The notes under the pieces were generated by a model, which had not been told where the DNA came from, ran no database searches, and saw only the letters and a program-made list of their open reading frames with translations. Below are positions 61,087-64,000 of a stretch of 64,000 bases of DNA, in pieces. Source of the DNA: Planctomycetota bacterium (lineage in GTDB: Bacteria; Planctomycetota; B15-G4; JADJEK01); the NCBI GenBank assembly GCA_044225365.1, contig JBGAIQ010000022.1, positions 1 to 64,000 of the forward strand, in the 5' to 3' direction. Both the position numbers and the translations under genes were made by a program. Each line of letters begins with the position of its first letter. The first letter of the stretch is position 1.

Positions 61087-61680
61087 ATGAGAGAACTCGA
61101 AGGAACGGACGAGGCGCTCGCGACTCTGGCGTCGCACGGAGATCGTGCGGCCTTCGAGGCGCTCGTTCATCGTTACGGGTCGCATCTGCATGGCGTCGTC
61201 GAACATCAGGTCGGGGACTCGAATCGCGCGCTGGATCTGGTCCAGGAGATCTGGCTCAAGGTCTTCCGCGCGATCCCGCGTTTTCGCCCCGATGGTTCGT
61301 TCCGCTCGTGGCTGTTCTCGATCGCGCTGAACCACGTACGCGACAACGCGCGCGCGGAACGCCGCTCGAAGATCGTCTACCTCGACGACTTCCGCACTCC
61401 GACTCCGGGAGCCGCGAGCGACGATCCGCATGGACGAGTCGAAGAGAAGTCGGCGATCGAAGCCGCATTGCGCGAAGTCGCTGAACCGTATCGCAGTGCC
61501 GTCATCCTCGTGGACGTGATGCAACTGTCCTACGAGGAAGCGGCGACGGCCCTCGACTGCCGGGTCGGGACCGTGAAGTCGCGAGTCAATCGCGGACGCC
61601 TCGCGTTCCGCGACGAATACGCCAAGGTGAGTGGCGACGCGATCGACCCGCGCGAGAGCGCCGAAGGAACCTCCTCATGA
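61087..61680 (+). CDS. ECF RNA polymerase sigma factor
   Basis: GDRAAFEALV.RY, DLVQEIWLKVF, FRSWLFSIALN, LSYEEAA..L....GTVKSRVNRGR. Confidence 0.93.
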   Translation: MRELEGTDEALATLASHGDRAAFEALVHRYGSHLHGVVEHQVGDSNRALDLVQEIWLKVFRAIPRFRPDGSFRSWLFSIALNHVRDNARAERRSKIVYLDDFRTPTPGAASDDPHGRVEEKSAIEAALREVAEPYRSAVILVDVMQLSYEEAATALDCRVGTVKSRVNRGRLAFRDEYAKVSGDAIDPRESAEGTSS

Positions 61681-63047
61681 ACTGCAACCGCGCCGAACTC
61701 TCGTTCTCCTCGCACTACGACGGCCAGCTCTCCGCCGCCGAGCGCGTCGCACTCGATTCCCATCTCGCGGGCTGCGCACCTTGCCGCACCGCCTTCGCCG
61801 AGTACGTTCGCTCCATCTCCGACCTGAAGAAACTCCGTCCCGGGCCCACTTCCCGCCAGCACGTCGCCGACGTGATGGCGCGGATCGATCTCGATGCGGC
61901 GCGCGAGGTCGAAGCTCCGCGTACGGCTTCGTGGCGACGAGCGATGACCCATCTCGTCGCTGCTGCGATCGGTGCCGCCGCCGCGGTCCTCGTCCTGCAG
62001 CAGATGAACGCGCGGGAATCGCATGCCCCCGGTGCGACGCCGGGGGTCGTCGTCACGCCGCCCTCGAATGGCGAGATCGCGAACGCGAACGATCTTCCGC
62101 GGATGCCCGGCGAGGGCGAAGCGGCCGCAAGCCTCAGTCGCCCCGTTCGCTTCGTCGGTGACGCAACGTCCCTCGAACGCAATGATCGCCTCGTGTCCGT
62201 TTCCGATGGCTTCACGCTGAAGCCGGGCGAGACCGTGCGCACGCTTCCTTCGCAGAGCGTCGAGATCACCGTCGACGAGAACGGTCTGCTCACGATCAAG
62301 ACGAAGACCGAGCACGTCCTGACTCCTCCGAAGGCGGTGAACGAGGTTCACTTCGTCGAATTGCCTCCGTTGGTCTCCGTCGACCGGAAGCTCGTCACCG
62401 ACGCCGTCGACACGTTCGGCTCCCACGTCTCCGAGCAGATCAAGGCGCTCGATCTCTCCGGCGTGCGCTCCTTCGTCGATCAGATCGAAACGCAGATCGA
62501 GGACTCGATCGCGGCAACCGACGCCCGCGAGGCCGCGAACGAAGCTGCCGCCGCGAGCAAACCGACTTCCCCCGAGCCCGAGGCGGATCCGAGCACGGAG
62601 AATGGAGCCACGAGCGCGTCGACGCAAACTGCAGCGAGTGCCTTCGCACCGATGACGTTCATCGCGAGCGAAGCACCCGTGACGATCCAGCGCAGCGGCG
62701 ATCGCTCCGCCCTCTCGGTGCAAGGCTCTCTTCCTCGCGTGATCCCGGAATTGATCGCGCTTCTGAAGAACGACGACGGCGAGATCGCCGACCTCGCGGC
62801 CGCGAAGCTCGACTTCGTGCGCACCGACCTCGAGCGCTCCCCCACGATCGGCAAGAGACTCTCGCCGCTGCCGGCGGAGACCGAGCGGGTTCCGCGTGAA
62901 CGCGGCAGCCGATTCAGCGAATTGCTCCACACTCGATTCGGCGCGGACGACACCGTCGAACGAAGACTCACGCCGAACGAACGCTGGACGCGATGGTGGC
63001 AGGCAAACGCCGTGCTCATCGCGACGGGATCGTCGTCGGATACCTGA
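61677..63047 (+). CDS. Zinc-finger (zf-HC2) transmembrane anti-sigma factor
   Basis: HLAGCAPC (HxxxCxxC), one TM helix and a large extracytoplasmic domain; ATGA-coupled to the sigma gene. Confidence 0.88.
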   Translation: MNCNRAELSFSSHYDGQLSAAERVALDSHLAGCAPCRTAFAEYVRSISDLKKLRPGPTSRQHVADVMARIDLDAAREVEAPRTASWRRAMTHLVAAAIGAAAAVLVLQQMNARESHAPGATPGVVVTPPSNGEIANANDLPRMPGEGEAAASLSRPVRFVGDATSLERNDRLVSVSDGFTLKPGETVRTLPSQSVEITVDENGLLTIKTKTEHVLTPPKAVNEVHFVELPPLVSVDRKLVTDAVDTFGSHVSEQIKALDLSGVRSFVDQIETQIEDSIAATDAREAANEAAAASKPTSPEPEADPSTENGATSASTQTAASAFAPMTFIASEAPVTIQRSGDRSALSVQGSLPRVIPELIALLKNDDGEIADLAAAKLDFVRTDLERSPTIGKRLSPLPAETERVPRERGSRFSELLHTRFGADDTVERRLTPNERWTRWWQANAVLIATGSSSDT

Positions 63048-63077
63048 GCAAAGCAAGCGGTCGAATCCCGGAATTGC

Positions 63078-63103
63078 GGAACGAGCGCCGGCCGATCGGC
63101 GTT
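63078..63103 (+). promoter_or_regulatory. Putative ECF sigma promoter GGAAC-N17-CGTT
   Basis: GGAAC 63078-63082 and CGTT 63100-63103, 40 bp upstream of the PDZ lipoprotein ATG; same geometry as the 61024 site. Confidence 0.58.
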
Positions 63104-63143
63104 ACCGCCGCGACCGTGAACGAATCTCGATGAGGAGTCTCGA

Positions 63144-64000
63144 ATGAATCTGCGAATCGCGCTTCTGGCGCTCGTTACCCTGCCGCTTTCCGGTTGCGTC
63201 TCCGTCCACATGACGGGTCTCGATGGCGACGAGAACGTCCTCGTCGATCGCGTGGAAGCCGACGGCGCGCACGTGATCTATCGCATTCGACCGGGCGGCG
63301 GCGACGAACCACCGAAGCTCGTGCGAGACCGCCATGTCACCGTCCACAAGGTCGATCTCCATCTCACCGTCGGCGACATCAACAAGGATCGCGCCGCCAA
63401 GCTCGGCGTCGAGGCGTGGAAGGGCGTCTATGTCGAAGCCGTCGCGAACGACTCCAATCTCGCGAAGGGCGGATTGAAGAAGGGCGACGTCCTGCTCGCG
63501 ATCAACGGCAACGCGTTCACCAACGCGCGACAGTTCAACGAACTCGGCGCCGAGAAACTCACGGGCGCGACGACCCTGAAGCTCGACATCCTTCGTCCGG
63601 AGGGCGGCGCCGGCGCGACCTGGACGCCGATCACGCTCGAGATCCCCGCCGACTCGAAGGAAGTGCGCGACACGATTCGTGACACGATGAAGTTGACCGC
63701 GGCGTCGCGGCTCGAGAAGTCGACGGGCATGCGGGTTGCCGAACTCTCGCCCGAACAGGCGAACGAAGTCTACGGCGACTCGAACGGTCGCCTCGTGATC
63801 AGTGCGGTGCGACCGGGCTCACCGGCCTACCTCGCGGGCTTCCGTGCGAAGGATCGCATCGCCAAGATGGATGGCAAGGCGATCGGGAGCAGTGCCGAGG
63901 CCGACGCTCTCGTCGACACCAAACTCACGTCCGGACAGCCCACGACGATCGCAGTCGATGTCGAAGGACCGCTCGGCGCCCACGCGTCGGACGTCGAGGT
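63144..64000 (+). CDS. Lipoprotein with tandem PDZ domains (3' end truncated by window; absent from the ORF track)
   Basis: GAGGAG RBS; MNLRIALLALVTLPLSGC lipobox; DSNLAKGGLKKGDVLLAING and PGSPAYLAGFRAKDRIAKMDG; frame open to the window end. Confidence 0.85.
   Translation, partial: MNLRIALLALVTLPLSGCVSVHMTGLDGDENVLVDRVEADGAHVIYRIRPGGGDEPPKLVRDRHVTVHKVDLHLTVGDINKDRAAKLGVEAWKGVYVEAVANDSNLAKGGLKKGDVLLAINGNAFTNARQFNELGAEKLTGATTLKLDILRPEGGAGATWTPITLEIPADSKEVRDTIRDTMKLTAASRLEKSTGMRVAELSPEQANEVYGDSNGRLVISAVRPGSPAYLAGFRAKDRIAKMDGKAIGSSAEADALVDTKLTSGQPTTIAVDVEGPLGAHASDVE

Overview
GC-rich bacterial chromosomal window, densely coding (about 46 genes, the last cut by the window end). The gene repertoire points to an uncultured Planctomycetota (inference): a Planctomycete-type ECF sigma factor, FG-GAP and SBBP surface proteins, and a QW-repeat prenyltransferase-like protein. 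Housekeeping genes are ligA, queA, pccB, an RluA pseudouridine synthase and a MATE pump. No rRNA, tRNA, CRISPR array, prophage or transposase was recognised. The most notable items are: (1) a GxxExxY PD-(D/E)XK nuclease gene bracketed by inverted CCACGGAGG-type repeats and followed by two gene-less ~255-bp units with the same arms; (2) a TPR-ExbB-ExbD operon whose partner fuses a TolB-like PD40 propeller, a TonB/TolA-like anchor and linker, and a QW-repeat (alpha/alpha) barrel; (3) a ~115-aa C-terminal domain shared by two unrelated large secreted proteins, a candidate sorting signal; (4) an Arn/Lgm-like lipid-linked amino-sugar module with a PIG-L-GT2 fusion; (5) an unannotated 26-aa Lys-rich peptide gene; (6) two GGAAC-N17-CGTT ECF promoters; (7) three hairpin tandem arrays that share a 35-bp period. 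All calls come from reading motifs by eye; no database search was run.
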